Source of the DNA: Spirogloea muscicola
Taxonomy: Eukaryota
Assembly (NCBI GenBank): GCA_009602725.1
Contig: WELB01000002.1
Span: forward strand, 848,151 to 912,150
Direction: 5' to 3'
DNA length: 64,000 nucleotides
The notes under the pieces were generated by a model that was not told the DNA's origin, did no database searches, and worked only from the letters and a program-made list of their open reading frames with translations. Positions 44,249-57,685 of this stretch are shown piece after piece (position 1 is the first letter of the stretch; every line of letters begins with the position of its first letter). Made by a program: the position numbers and the translations under genes.

Positions 44249-44890
44249 TGTAACGTTCCCACCGTTAGGGCGTGCCAACGTTGCGGGAAATCTTCCAGTG
44301 TCGTCTCGTCACCGTGGGGGCGTGTCAATGGTGCCGGTCAATCCGCTGCCCCCTGTGTGGCTATACCCGATGTCGGGCTCGCTCTTGGGCGAGCCCCGCC
44401 GAGGGTGGGCCCTTGTAGCTCCCCTCGTCACACACGCTATTTCGTGTCCCCATTGTTGGGCCCGTCCTTCCGAATGTGGGCCCTGGGAACGACCCTCGTC
44501 ACACCCTCGGGGGAGGGGTGGCAGGTGGAACGCTATTTGTAGCCGGCCGAGGCCAGACTGCTCAGTCGGACCAACGCCCGAGAGAGACACAGCCCGCTGC
44601 TGCCTAGCCAGCCCCGCTTCTGCCTGCTGCTGCCGCCGCCGCCACAGCTTTGCTGCTGCCACCTGCTGCCAATCCGTCGCCGCAGCTCATCGCTGCGGGT
44701 CCTGCCGGCTCTTCGTAAGTCTATTGGTAGTGTCACCGCCCTAGGGCGGTGCCTCAGGGTTAGACTTCTGCTGCGCTCTGTGCGCGTATGTGCGTTGTCC
44801 CGTATGAGGGTTGTCTCCAAAACACCCTATGCTCGAATACAGACCAGGACACCCTGACTCTAATTGTGTGTTTAACGCAGAGATGTCACA
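44249..44890 (+). mobile_element. Solo LTR, TSD GCAGG (its 5' junction is duplicated at 44036)
   Basis: GCAGG at 44244-44248 and 44891-44895; TGTAAC..GTCACA. Confidence 0.9.
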
Positions 44891-45808
44891 GCAGGGACGT
44901 GTCCTTCGACGTGGGTGCACAAGTGCTGTTGAGCATTAAGCACTTAACCAGTACGCACAAATTGCTGCCAAATTGGGTTGGACATTTTCGTAGTGCGCCT
45001 GGTCGGCAAGGCGCCTATGAGCTCGATAACCAGTACAATGGTATTCCACAAAATTTCCCTTGTGTCTCAGCTCGAGCTATACCATACGGATGGCCGTGTC
45101 CAATCGGCCCACCTCCTCTCGTTATTGATGGCGAGAAAGAGTCAAGTGGAGGAGATTTTCTCACTCTGGGACAAATTCCGTGGGCGTCGTAAGTCACATG
45201 ACTACCCTGTCAAGTGGCTCGGCTATGGGCCTGAACAAAATAAATGGGAACATTCGGACAATCTTGTCCATCGTCGTTCCCGCATTCAGACGCATCTGAC
45301 AGGCGGCAACGCCTCTTTCCACCGACGTCCAGTACCTTTCCGCCAGATTTTATCCCCCTGAGTTGAACCCCTGTAGTGCTTCCTGCTTGTTCCGAGGACA
45401 TGAACGTTTAAGCGGGGAGGTATGCAGTGTTTCCCCCATTCTGGGTGTGCCAACGGGGCCGGTAACCTTACGTGATCATATCGTATCTACCGTTTCTGAG
45501 TCCCAAACGGTGCAGGTAACTTTGCTACTACCACGTGTAACTTTGTACGTTTCGAGGTCCCGGGCTCCGTACCACGTGCCCATCTCTCGGGCCCCGTGCG
45601 CATGCCTCGGGCCCACGCCCTGCGGGGTGGCCGGGTGGGCCAGCTTTCCTGCAGGCCAGCGCCCTACAGGCTGGCCGCGTGGGCCAGTTCTCCGTCAGGC
45701 CAGCGCCCTGCGGACTGGCCGGGTTGGCCAGCTCGTTTGGCCTCATGGCCGCATGGCCTCGGTCCTGAGTCCTCACGGCGTCAGTCGTCTGGCTCCGTGA
45801 GCCAGGCT

Positions 45809-46196
45809 CTTGAAACAAAACAAAACAAAAGCAGCTACGAAGCACGCAGTAACCCCTGCTAAGCAGCCTCGGATCACAGACGCTGGGCTCCTGGAAGCGG
45901 GTTCCCTGGCCAGAGCCAGAGGCAGCAGCGAGGGCTCTGCCGGCACGCAGGTGCATCGCGGGCCATAGACCTCTGCAGCGACACGGCCAAGCGCATACAG
46001 TACACCTGTGCTAGCGACCCGGCTGCAGGAAAGTCACCGGCTCCCTGTGGAAGCGGCGGACAATGGCGTGGCGTGCGAGCTGGTTGAGCAGCTCGAGCCA
46101 CCGAGCGCCCAACGCCCCATGCGTGTCGATAGCCCGCGGGAAGAACTCGTCTTCCCGCGGGTGATCAGCATACTCGCGCTCCTGGCTCGAGCGGCG
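45809..46196 (-). mobile_element. CRE-like endonuclease fragment within the 3' LTR
   Basis: EYADHPREDEFFPRAIDTHGALGARW; SLAQVYCMRLAVSLQRSMA. Confidence 0.8.
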
Positions 46197-47844
46197 CAGG
46201 CCTCGGGTCCTGTGCGCCAGCCTCTTGCATTCATCGTGTCCCTTGTCAGGCCCGCCCCTCTGGGGGAGGGCCCTGGGGGCGACCCTCGTCACACCCTCAG
46301 GGGAGCGGTGGCAGGAGAAGTGCCATAAGTAGTAGGCCTTGGTCAGACTCCGGAGTCGGACTAACGCCGAGAGAGACAGAGCTCTGCTGCTGCCTAGCCA
46401 GCACCGGTGCTGCCTCCGCCGCCGCCGCCGCCACAGCTCTGCTGCTGCCGGCTGCTACCAGCCCGTTGCCGCAGCTCATCGCTGCGGGCCCTGCCGGCTC
46501 TCCGTAAGTCTATTGGTAGAGTCACCGCCCTAGGGCGGTGCCTCAGGTAAGACTTCCGCTGCGCTCTGTGCGCGTATGTGCGTTGGCATTCTCCTGGGGG
46601 TTGTCTCCTAAACATCCTATGCTTGAATCCAAATCAGGACATTCTGACACTGACTGTGTGATTAGGGACAGGGATGTTACAGCCGCCACTGCCCTCTTGC
46701 CGGCCCCCGTTATTCAGCCGTCACTAGCAAGTGACGGTCTACCACACGGGCTAGTATGAGCGGTCAAATGTCCACGTCAATACCAACGAACACTGATGGT
46801 GCCGTCAAACTACAAGCAGCTGCCACCTCCCGACGCCGTTCCAGCGCCAGCGCCGTGCTATCTATCGTCACGATTCCTACTTTCGCCGCCTCAGCTCGAG
46901 GGAGAGTACTTTTATGCAATTATATATATGCACTGACCTCCCCAGTCGTCAGTCTGGGAGATGTCCTGTCTCCATGCATCTTCCAAGCTGCTCCTGCCGC
47001 ACTAACAATACGTTCCAGCCAGATGAGGTGGATAGGCATCTGCTAAGCCAGTACTGCTGTTGACGTTCCAGCCGTGTGACATACTGTTATACATACTTGC
47101 AGAAGGGGTACGTGATAGAGATGGCTCTTACGAAGGTAGCGCGGGCTGTGAAAGTAGAATAAAGAGAAGAGCTCTTCCAAAGTAGACAATGGCTGTGAGA
47201 GGCTAGCCCCAAATAAGACAAGGTCTGAATGGGTCGGAAGTTGCTTATGAATTATGTGACAGAAGAAACCAATGACCTTTCCACTGTAAGCCAGTGGCTG
47301 CGAGAAGCCAGCCTGAAGGAACGGACGATGTCTGAGAGGGCCGAAGGCGCAAAAATAACCACGAAAAATAGGGAGGGGCTCTTCCAAGTCGGAAGCCATT
47401 TCTAAGGGGGCGAGGTCTGTGGAAAAGCCAGAAATACTGGACAAGGCCCAAAGGCCGGAAGGTGTTAAACAGCACAACTATGCAAGTGGCCATAGCGATG
47501 GGAGCCTGCAATTCAGAGCCCAAAGGGCAGCCCAAAAGAGGGGTGTCATGAAAGAAGCTCGTCCAAAAGGGGGCGATTGGCTTGGGATGGCCAGCCCAAA
47601 AGAGAAAGTGCCCGAAGGAGCAGAATTGCTGCAGGCAGAGGGAAAGTGAGAAGACCCAGGATAGGCCGATGGCTGCGATTGGCCAGCCCGGGGAAATAAT
47701 GAACGAGAGGAATGGAGTGTGCATGATCGAGGGGGGTTCAGCAGCCGACATCGGTGCTATGCAGCTGGACTGCAGCTCTTCCAGCTCTTCTGGGCCCTTC
47801 GATTGCTTCGTTTTATTTCTGGGCTGGCCAATCACGGCTATTAC

Positions 47845-48739
47845 TGTAACGTTTCCGCCGTTTGAAGGTGCCAACGGCGCGCGATAACCTTACATGAGCG
47901 TAACGTATCTACCATTTGGAGTCCCAAACGGTGCGGGTAGCTTGGCTGCACTCCGTGTAGCTAAGTACGGTTCGAGGGTCCCGGGCTCCGTGCCCTGTCG
48001 GCACGCCTCGGGCTCACGCCCTGCAGGCCGGCCGGGTGGGTCAGCTCTCCCTCAGGCCGGCGCCCCGCGGGCCGACCGGATTGACCAGCTCTCCAGTCCT
48101 CATGGCTGCATGGCCTCAGTCCCTTGACCCCGTGAGCCAGGCTATTGGCCTGGCGCGCCACCTCCTTGGCGCTAGTCACTGTCCAGCGCGCCAGTCCCTT
48201 GGACTCGCGCGCCGGCCTCTTGGCGCTAGTCCCTTGGACTCGTGCTAAAGGCCACTGGCCCTGTGTGCCAGCCTGTTGTGTTTGTCGTGTCCCCTTGTCA
48301 GGCCCGCCCCTCCAAGGGAGGGCCTTGGGGCCGACCCTCGTCACACCCTCAGGGGAGGGGTGGCAGGAGAACCGCTATAAGTAGTGGGCCTTGGTCAGAC
48401 TCCGGAGTCGACCAACGCCCGAGAGAGACACAGCCCTGCTGCTGCCTAGCCAGCCCCGCTGCTGCCTGCTGCTGCCGCCGCCGCCACAGCTCTGCTGCTG
48501 CCGGCTGCTGCCAGCCCGTCGCCGCAGCTCATCGCTGCGGGCCCTGCCGGCTCTCTGTAAGTCTATTGGTAGAGTCACCGCTCTAGGGCGGTGCCTCAGG
48601 GTAAGACTTCCGCTGCGCTCTGTGCGCGTATGTGCGTTGGCGTTCTCCTGTATGAGGGTTGTCTCCAAAACACCCTATACTCGAATCCAAACCAGAACAT
48701 TCTGACTCTAACTGTGTGATTAAGAGCAGAGATGTCACA
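47845..48739 (+). mobile_element. Solo LTR family A, TSD ATTAC
   Basis: ATTAC at 47840-47844 and 48740-48744. Confidence 0.95.
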
Positions 48740-49099
48740 ATTACCCTCTACCGGAAGAGTTCTCTCTCTTCCAGTGTAAGGAATGCGCTCTACCGCCCTT
48801 TAGTTCTGATTTGCACCTGCTGGCGTCTTGGAGACTAGTACTCCATACATTCTTTGGGCTGCCTTCCACAGCATAGCCTTTTTCTTCACAGCCTCCCTTA
48901 AGTTGCAAGAGCTGTTGGTTGCTTTAGCCTCCCTCTCAAAACGTAAGAAACAGCGGCTCTTCCAATTTTCGGCAATGCAAGGCAATCGCTGCAAGAAATC
49001 AGCTCAAAGAAGGAGCTCTTTCAATTGGAAGAGCTGTTCTGTTTCAATAACAGCCAATGGCCAGCCCAAAGAAAGAGAAACTGCTCTTCCAATTTGATT

Positions 49100-51935
49100 G
49101 AAGTCTCGCGCGCCCGCGCAAGTCGGCCTCGGGGAGCTGCAGCGCGGCGGTGGTGTAGGCGGCCTTGTCCACCACGGCCGCGAAGCGCGCTTGGACGCGC
49201 AGGTCAGCGGTGTGCGCGAGGTGCGCAAAGGAGACCGCCTGGCCTGCCAGGTCCGGGTGCGCCGCGAGCAGCTCCTGGTGGGGGGAGCGAAGCGACACCT
49301 GGAAGGGCAGCGCGCCCGTGTCGACCTCCACCACCGCCTGCTCCAGTGCACGCCGGCCGTGGACCATTGAAGCGCTGGGCCACGGAGGCGGCAGTCTGCG
49401 CCCAGCTGCCAAGGTATGCAGCCCGGCAAGAACGGGAGAGCGGACGCAGGCCGAGACCACCGTGGCTGAGGGGTAGCGACGCCTGGTGGATAGCGGCTGG
49501 CGACTGGAGGAAGCCCTGGTAACGGACCAGGGCCGTCAAGCTCACCACCATGCCAGCATCATAACCCGCGTACGCCGCCAACGCCCCTGGGGACGGCGGA
49601 GTGGCCCGCGTTAAGTACTGGGGCCGCTGCCTAATGGGCTTGGTCAACATGGCCCACGACAGCTGCATATCGTCCAGCTCGGGAAGCCGGGCCGCAGGCT
49701 GAAGATGCTCCGCAAGGCGGGCTCGCAGCTGCCATTCCACAAAGAACGGCGCGCCGATGGAGACCCCCAGCAGGGTGAAGCCATCTGCTGGTGTCTGGTA
49801 GCCTGTGGGCATCGTCAGGGTGGGTGGGAGGCTGCAGGGAGACCAAGTCGCGCACTTCAACGCCCGGGTGGACAGGCCGAGGGTGGCTAGCTGCAGCTCA
49901 AAGGTGACGAAGGCCGCCGCGAACGTCTTCCGGAGGGCCGACTATGGTGGTGTCGTCCGCGAAGGTGGGAAGTAGGACTCCTGGGTGTGCCACCGCGGTA
50001 GCCTGCAGAGCCCGGTGGTGAGCGAGCGCAAAGTAGAAGCCGGCGAGGGGGTCCCCTTGCCGCGTGCCCGCCTGGGACTACAGGACCTCCACTTGATCAC
50101 CCCCAGTCCGCCAGAGGAGGTCGCTGGGCTGACCGTACCCCAAGCAGAAAAAGGGTATCAGGGAGGGGAAGGATGCCCGGAGCTCCTCCGCAACACTTGC
50201 GCGCTCCACAGTGTTGAAGGCATTATTCACGTCAACAGCCAGCACCAGCCACCCCGGGTGCTGGTCCAAGGTCGCACGAACCCCGTGGACGACGGCCTCG
50301 CCCCCACTCCGCAGCCCCGCGCCATACTGGTATGGCGCCATGTGCACCTGCGCCGGCCCCGCATGCTGCTGCCAGAGTACGCGGCTCACCAGGCGGTACA
50401 GGACCTCCCCAATGGCAATGGGCCTGACTCCCCCGCTCGGCTTGTCGAGGGCGAGCAGTGTGCTGGTGCACAGTACGCCGCGGATGCTGGCCGGCACATT
50501 GTCTGGGGCCATATGCTGGCAGATCTGCAGCAGCGCGTTGAAGTCTGCCGCCTCACCCTCGAGGAAGATCTCCCGCAGGTGCTCAATCAGCATGCGGGAG
50601 GGGGCGGCGGCGGCGGCGGCGGCGGCGGAGCCTTCTTGAGGGCGTCGGCTTACAAGACCACCTCCTCCGGCGGGGCGAATGCGGCCAACCACGGTGGCAG
50701 GGGGGAGCTAGCCGGGGGGTGGAGGGAGTCCAGAGCCGCCCGGGTTGCCGCATTGGTCGGCGCCAGCATTGCATCGTCCAGGGCCTGCACAGCCCGGGAG
50801 AGCTCACCCGCGTGGCCGTATCGAAGAGCCTGCGGACGCTGGCGGCCCGGTCGTGTGTTGCCCCTCGGCCACCACGGTTGACCGCGGACGCCGCCACGGC
50901 TGCGTCGTGCCTCGCCAGGAGCTCCTCCCAGTGCCCGCTCTCGAACAACTGGACGCGTGCCAAGAGGGGCTGCTGGCCCTGCTTGCGGCTGTCGGGAGAG
51001 ACCCGCCCGAGCAACAGCCGGGGAAGAGGATGAACAACTTCCACGCCGCCTCGTCCCTGTGGTCCGTGACGATCCACTGCGTCACCGGGCGGAGCGCGCG
51101 GCCGAGGTGTGGGCGCGCCCAGCGCGAAACGTGGCGAAGGAGCGGCAGGGCCGCCAGGCGGTGAACTGCGGCCAGGTCGAGGCCTGCCAGCCACTGCCAG
51201 TGGTGAGGCGTGGGCGGCGCGGGAGGCCTGCCTGGTCTGCCCCGACGACCACCCGCCGCCGCTGCGCTCCGCGCCTGCTCCGCACGGTTGTTGTTGCACG
51301 CGCAAGTGCGCTGGTGGTTGGACCGGCCGGATTGCGTGGTGAAGGTCTTCTGGCAAAACTGGCACCGCGGCGGGTCGGGCGAGAGAGGTAGGGGCGACGG
51401 CGGTGGAGCCGGCTCGCTCGGCGGGGGTGGAGGCGGTGGAGACGGGGGCGGCGTCGATGGCGCCGACTGTGGAAGGCTGGGCGGCTCGAGAGGCGGGAAG
51501 GCGGCGTCGGGGGAGGTGGGGGCGTTGGGGACGACGGCAGCTGTGGTGACAACGGCTCGGCGGGCGGTAGCGGCTGCTGCACCTCTGTCGCCGGAGAAGC
51601 ACACTCAGGGACGTCAGGGCCAAGCAAATGGGGCCTGGTACCCTGAGGATGGAGGAGCGTGGTCACCTCGTGGGGTCCCCTCGCATCTCAGGGGTGTAGG
51701 CGATAACGCTTGTGCCCGACACTTCTCTCGGGCGGGAGGCGATGAAGTAGTGGCCTCTGTGGAATGCTCCGTGGTATGCTTCGCCTGAGTAGATGCCAGG
51801 GCCGGGACGATGGGGCTGCAAGCCGCGACGGCCGCTGCGGGCGGAGTGCTGGTGGAGCTGGCATGCCCCTTGCAGTGTCGCCGATGCACAGAAACCCCAT
51901 GGGGAGTTGCGAGGTCCCGCGGGCAGGTGGGGCAC
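49100..51935 (-). mobile_element. CRE-clade-like non-LTR retrotransposon (N-terminal zinc finger plus RT), frameshifted and 3'-truncated
   Basis: CQFCQKTFTTQSGRSNHQRTC; KPSGGVRPIAIGEVLYRL; YQYGAGLRSGGEAVVH; DVNNAFNTVER; RQGDPL; FADD at about 49952-49963; LPLSHGGLGLR. Confidence 0.85.
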
Positions 51936-51937
51936 TC

Positions 51938-52841
51938 AGCTACTCAGACTAGCTACTCAGACTTGCATCTCCTGACTAGAGGTTACTGAGCGTTCCCTGG
52001 CTGATGTCTTAGTCCTAGTCCTTCACACAACTGACTGCTTCGACTCCGGCTCCTTCAGACCTTGTCCATTCCTTTGGGCTGGCTTTTCCCAGCCACCAGT
52101 CCATCTGGCCGCGCTTTCTTCTTTTCCGCTCGGGGTACGGTCAGCCCAGCGACCTCCTCCAGCACTATCTGCTTCCTCTGGCGGACAGGGGGTGATCAAG
52201 TGGAGGTCCTGCAGTCCCAAGCGGGCACGCGGCAAGAGGACCCCCTCGCCGGCTTCTACTTTGCGCTCGCTCACCACCGGGCTCTGCAGGCTACCGCGGA
52301 GGCACACCCAGGAGTCCTACTTCCCACCTTCGCGTTACGACACCACCATAGTTGGCCCTCCGAAGACGTGGCGGCGGCCTTCGTCACCTTTGAGCTGCAG
52401 CTGGCCACCCTCGGCCTGTCCACCTCCACCTTGCGCACACCCCCGACCTGCGGGCCTAGGCCCGCTACACTGCGCTTGTGAACAAAGCGGCCTATGACCA
52501 GGTGGTTTGGAGCTCCTTCCGCCGCATGACATCCGAGGGCGCGCCCGGATCCTCTCTGCCTCCTCCCCCCGGGCGGCAGCGTGACTATCAGCACTCCCCG
52601 TCTATGCGGCGCTGACAATTCCAGACGCGGTATTCAGGACGGCGGCCCAAGGTCTCCTTGGCCTCCTCCCTCCCTGCCTCGTCGGGGTCCAACAGTGCGA
52701 GTGCGGTGCCCGCCACGATGACCCTGCGGCGCTGGCGGCCCACATGCTCCGCTGTGCGCACGGGGGCGAGCGGACAGGTTCACACGACCTCCTGCGAGAC
52801 GCCATGCAGGGTGTGTTCCTGGAGGCCGGCTACAAGGTGGC
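51938..52841 (+). mobile_element. CRE-like 3' end (51938-52127), then RT and zinc-knuckle fragments
   Basis: SYSDLHLLTRGY* and UTR hairpin; inverted copy of 49860-50150; CECG..HMLRCAHGGERTGSHDLLRD. Confidence 0.8.
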
Positions 52842-53573
52842 NNNNNNNNNNNNNNNNNNNNNNNNNNNNNNNNNNNNNNNNNNNNNNNNNNNNNNNNNNN
52901 NNNNNNNNNNNNNNNNNNNNNNNNNNNNNNNNNNNNNNNNNNNNNNNNNNNNNNNNNNNNNNNNNNNNNNNNNNNNNNNNNNNNNNNNNNNNNNNNNNNN
53001 NNNNNNNNNNNNNNNNNNNNNNNNNNNNNNNNNNNNNNNNNNNNNNNNNNNNNNNNNNNNNNNNNNNNNNNNNNNNNNNNNNNNNNNNNNNNNNNNNNNN
53101 NNNNNNNNNNNNNNNNNNNNNNNNNNNNNNNNNNNNNNNNNNNNNNNNNNNNNNNNNNNNNNNNNNNNNNNNNNNNNNNNNNNNNNNNNNNNNNNNNNNN
53201 NNNNNNNNNNNNNNNNNNNNNNNNNNNNNNNNNNNNNNNNNNNNNNNNNNNNNNNNNNNNNNNNNNNNNNNNNNNNNNNNNNNNNNNNNNNNNNNNNNNN
53301 NNNNNNNNNNNNNNNNNNNNNNNNNNNNNNNNNNNNNNNNNNNNNNNNNNNNNNNNNNNNNNNNNNNNNNNNNNNNNNNNNNNNNNNNNNNNNNNNNNNN
53401 NNNNNNNNNNNNNNNNNNNNNNNNNNNNNNNNNNNNNNNNNNNNNNNNNNNNNNNNNNNNNNNNNNNNNNNNNNNNNNNNNNNNNNNNNNNNNNNNNNNN
53501 NNNNNNNNNNNNNNNNNNNNNNNNNNNNNNNNNNNNNNNNNNNNNNNNNNNNNNNNNNNNNNNNNNNNNNNNN
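52842..53573. other. Assembly gap (N run)
   Basis: N bases. Confidence 1.
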
Positions 53574-53590
53574 GGCGGCGGGCCCCCGAC

Positions 53591-56500
53591 ATGCTTAGCG
53601 TGCTGCGCGTGCACCTGCCGTCCGACATCCCCATCGCCGGCTGCGAGCTCATCCCCTACGTCCTGCTGCGCAAGCCCGACTCCGCCATCACCACCGACGA
53701 CATCCCCGAGGCCGCGCCCGCCGACGGCTTCTACCTCCGCTGCCGCTGGTGCGCGCGCCCGCCCTCGCCGCGCCGCCCGCCCCTCCGCCGCCGGAGCCGA
53801 CCGCCCGCTGCGCCCGGCGCCTTCAGCGCCGCCCGCCTGCGCCTTCCCCCTCCCATAAGTGAGGCCTGATTTTCAGTAGACCTAATTCTCTGAGGCCGGT
53901 GGCGGCCATCTCCAATCGGCGGCGGCAGGTACCGCATCCAGAACGACAAGAAGGTGGCCGTGTGCAGCGTGCACGCGTCGGAGCCGGCGACGCTCCAGTG
54001 CCTCGGCTGCGTCAAGGCCAAGCTGCCCGTGGCCAAGAGCTACCACTGCTCGCCCCAGTGCTTCATCGTCGCGTGGCGCCACCACAAGAGCCTCCACGCG
54101 CGTGGCCTGGCCAACGGCGGCCGCGAGAACGGCGCCGAGGACGATGAGCTCTTTGGCCGCTTTGGCAGCGGCTCCGTTGCCGCCGCCCTGGTCGGCAGTA
54201 GCAATGGCAACGGCGCCGCTGCGGGCTTCGCCGCTGCGCAGGTCCCAGCCCCCAGGGCTGCGGAGGGCGTGCAGCAGGCCAACGGCGAGACGTGGTACGA
54301 GGTGGGGCGGGGGAAGGTGTACACGCCCAGCGCCGACGACGTGGGCCACGTGTTGAAGCTCGAGTGCACGCCCGTGGAGGTGGCGACTGGCAACGCCATG
54401 GCCACCCCTTCCACTCTCCTGACCTCGCGCGTCATCCCTGCGCCCTCGCCCACCCCCCGGCGCATCGTGTCGGTGCCCAGCCTGGACGGCGCCTCTGTGG
54501 AAGCGGCTGGCACCTTCACAGTGCTGTCCTACAATGTGCTGGCAGATCTGTATGCCACAAACGAGCAGTACAGCTACTGCCCCCCCTGGGCGCTCTCTTG
54601 GACGTACCGACGCCAGAACCTTCTTAGGGAGCTCATTGGTTACCGCGCCGACATCCTGTGCCTCCAAGAGGTGGCGTACTCCGCCCTCCTTTACCTGCAT
54701 TGTGGGAGTTCCTGTGTCCTTTTACGTTCTGTGTCCTGTGTCCTGTCATGCATGTGGAGGCTGGATTCTCTTGTCCAACTCGTGCAGACCTCACAGCAAC
54801 ATGACTGCAATGCAAGAGCTCTTGCATTTTCCCTCATTCTCCCTGAAGGTGCATGCCTGTACCTCTGAAGGCCCTAATTTGGTGTCTGCAAATTGCGCAG
54901 GTGCAAAGTGATCACTACGAGGAGTTCTTTGCCCCAGAGCTAGAAAAGCACGGGTATGCTGCTGTGTACAAGAAGAAAACTGCTGAGGTGAGGACTACGG
55001 GCGGACCTTGACTCAGTATTCGGGGGAGGTTTAGGGCTCATTGCAGAACAATTGGGCAGAGCATTGAATAGAGCTTGTCACTCGGCGGGCTAGTGCGACC
55101 TTTGCCTGTACACTTGCTCTTCAGCATGACCGTAACGTCAGATTGAGCATCAGATTGAGCACAGGGCTTTCTCAGGTGAATAAGGTTGAGACCTTCATAT
55201 CTGGATGCTTCCAGGTGTACACTGGCACTGCATATGCAATTGATGGTTGCGCAACGTTCTTCAGAAGAGACCGATTTTCATTGGTCAAGAAGTATGAGGT
55301 GGGAGTGTAGTCTGTGTAGTTTGTTGCTCATTTATGACCCTGCTTAAGCTGCAGGTGATGAAGAGTAGGGATGCAAGATCTGGGTCTCATGATTGAGTCC
55401 TCAACACAGCCTGTACAATGGTGCAGGTGGAGTTTAACAAGGCAGCCTTGTCATTATGTGAAGCACTTGTGCCAATAGCGTCTAAAAAGGCTGCACTCAA
55501 TCGTCTCTTGAAGGTTAGCAAGCATGTCACATGAGTGCGAGCGTGCTTTTATTACCTTCACTGTGTCACAAGGCCGGTGCTTGCTCTTGGCACTGTTAGA
55601 GGTGCAGTTGTGACATTGAGGCTTGATCATGAGATGTACAGTGGTGGTACTACACAGACACGATATCTATATTATTATGTTTTCAATATCTCGTGAAGTT
55701 GGCCTAAATCTGGCCTAGTGATTATCTTACGCACTTTTCTGCTGTGTCATGGCAAAACTATTGACCGAGGTCGACTTTTTTAAATTTATGCAGGACAATG
55801 TAGCATTGATTGTTGTGCTGGAAGCAAGAGATGCTATCGACGTGAGTGACGTGCCGGCTGGTGGAAAGCGCCAACTGCTGTGTGTGGTATGCAAACTCGC
55901 CGCACCTCTGCACAGGCTTCGTTTATGTCACTGGTACCAATTTTGCTGGAGTGATATCACGTACGGGGTATCCTAATTGCAGCTTGTGCTGGCGGGCTTG
56001 ATGGAAATGTGCAAACTGTGCTTCTGCAGGCGAACACGCACATCCACGCAAATCCCGAGTTGAAGGACGTCAAGCTTTGGCAGGTACACACGCTGCTCAA
56101 AGGGCTGGAGAAAATTGCAGCAAGTGCCGACATTCCAATGCTAGTGGCTGGAGATTTCAACAGCGTCCCAGGGAGGTAAGTCGTATATGATGCCCTCTCC
56201 CACCAGTACACTTTTATCCATATATATCTCCAGTTCTGTCGCATCTGAGATTCATGGCTTGATTCAACTTGGGCTGTGCCAACAGTGCTCCACATTCCTT
56301 GCTGGCGTCTGGTCGAGTGGATGCCTCCCATCCAGAGTTGGCTACTGATCCATTGGGCATACTGCGACCCCCTTCCAAGCTCTGCCATCAGCTTCCTCTG
56401 GTCAGTCTTGTCACCCCCCGGCTTGTAGGTCAGGGGTTGGACCTTTGGCAGACACAGGAGAACGTGGTGCATTGGAGTGCTTTGACTTCGATTTATCAGC

Positions 56501-57023
56501 AGATCAGCCTGGCATGCAGCTCATGTGGATGGACTATGCAGGTGAGCGCATACTCGGCTTTTGGTCGGCAAATGCCCGTGGGGCCAGCAGTGGAGAGGCA
56601 AAGGCTGCTCATGGATCCAAGCAGCAGTGAACCACTCTTTACAAATTGCACGAGAGACTTCCTTGGAACGCTGGACTACATATTTTACACAGGTGAAGCT
56701 GAGCAACTGCCATCGGTGCTCAAGCGTAGCTGCTTCATGCCAATAGAGCATGTGCCACACAGCGCCGCACCATGGTAGATGCAAGTGATTGGACAGATGG
56801 CAGATATGCTCACACAGCCCTTAAATAGCTTATGCACTTTAGTCCTGAGTTGCCATGTTGGCTGTGAATGACAGCTGACTCTCTGGTGGTTGAGGGGCTC
56901 CTTGAGCTACTGGAGGAGGATAACCTGCGCAAGGACACTGCCCTGCCTTCGCCCGAGTGGTCTTCGGACCACTGTGCTCTTCTAGCTGAGTTCCGGTACA
57001 AACATCGTCTTCGCATGCGCTGA
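53591..57023 (+). CDS. CCR4: CCR4 deadenylase homolog (plant CCR4a/b type). Exons: 53591-53748, 53929-54670, 54901-54987, 55215-55298, 55427-55513, 55794-55886, 56030-56175, 56286-56400, 56542-56692, 56875-57023
   Basis: MLSVLRVHLPSDIPI N-terminus, MYND-like Cys cluster, EEP motifs SYNVLAD, LCLQE, GDFNS, TLDYIFY, SSDH; all introns GT-AG and in frame. Confidence 0.97.
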
Positions 57024-57685
57024 ACCTTGTAGATGTTCGAAGCTTGGGTGCATGCTGTGCTGGCAGCCACTAGTGTAGCATAAGGGAGTAGCAGATAGAA
57101 ATATGCAGAGAAAGTTGCTCTTGGGTGAGGGTTTTCAAGTAGCAATATAATGTGGAGTCTCGTAGTCGTCTAAGAATCAACATGCCCCACCAAGCCCTCA
57201 GTCACTATAGTGAGCTTTCAAAATTCTTCTGCATTGTACGTTCACTCAAACTACTGGCAACTTAAGCTTTGCAACCGTTGAACCCCTCAGCTTACGAAGT
57301 ACCTGTAGCATTATATCTATGACTATACAGCTATAGGTCCTTTCCAATCAATGCTCACATCCGACAACGTAGAGTCTGCTGGCAACTTATGACTTCCTGC
57401 ATCTTCTTGACAGCACCGTCACCAAAGAGAGCCACTTCACCCACAGGCACTTTTGGCAATGGTTACACAATGCCAGGGCTCACACGCGTCTTTTTACTTG
57501 CAACTTCACAATGTCGCCTTGCTTTGCCTTTGTTTGCACAGTCAGGGCCATGTCGGAAGCTGCACACAACACCATCCTTGTATGGTCAGAGGGCCATGTC
57601 ATCGTGATGTCAACATAATGGCGGGCTGTAGCTGCAACACGAGTTGCAGCTTGCGCGCATGTGTCCAGCGTTGTACACCATGAAC

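Noticed and set aside
43979..44386. 213-bp-period tandem duplication spanning an LTR junction
   Set aside because: Mismatches cluster at the end of the first copy, as expected for an unmerged low-quality contig overlap; probably an assembly artefact.
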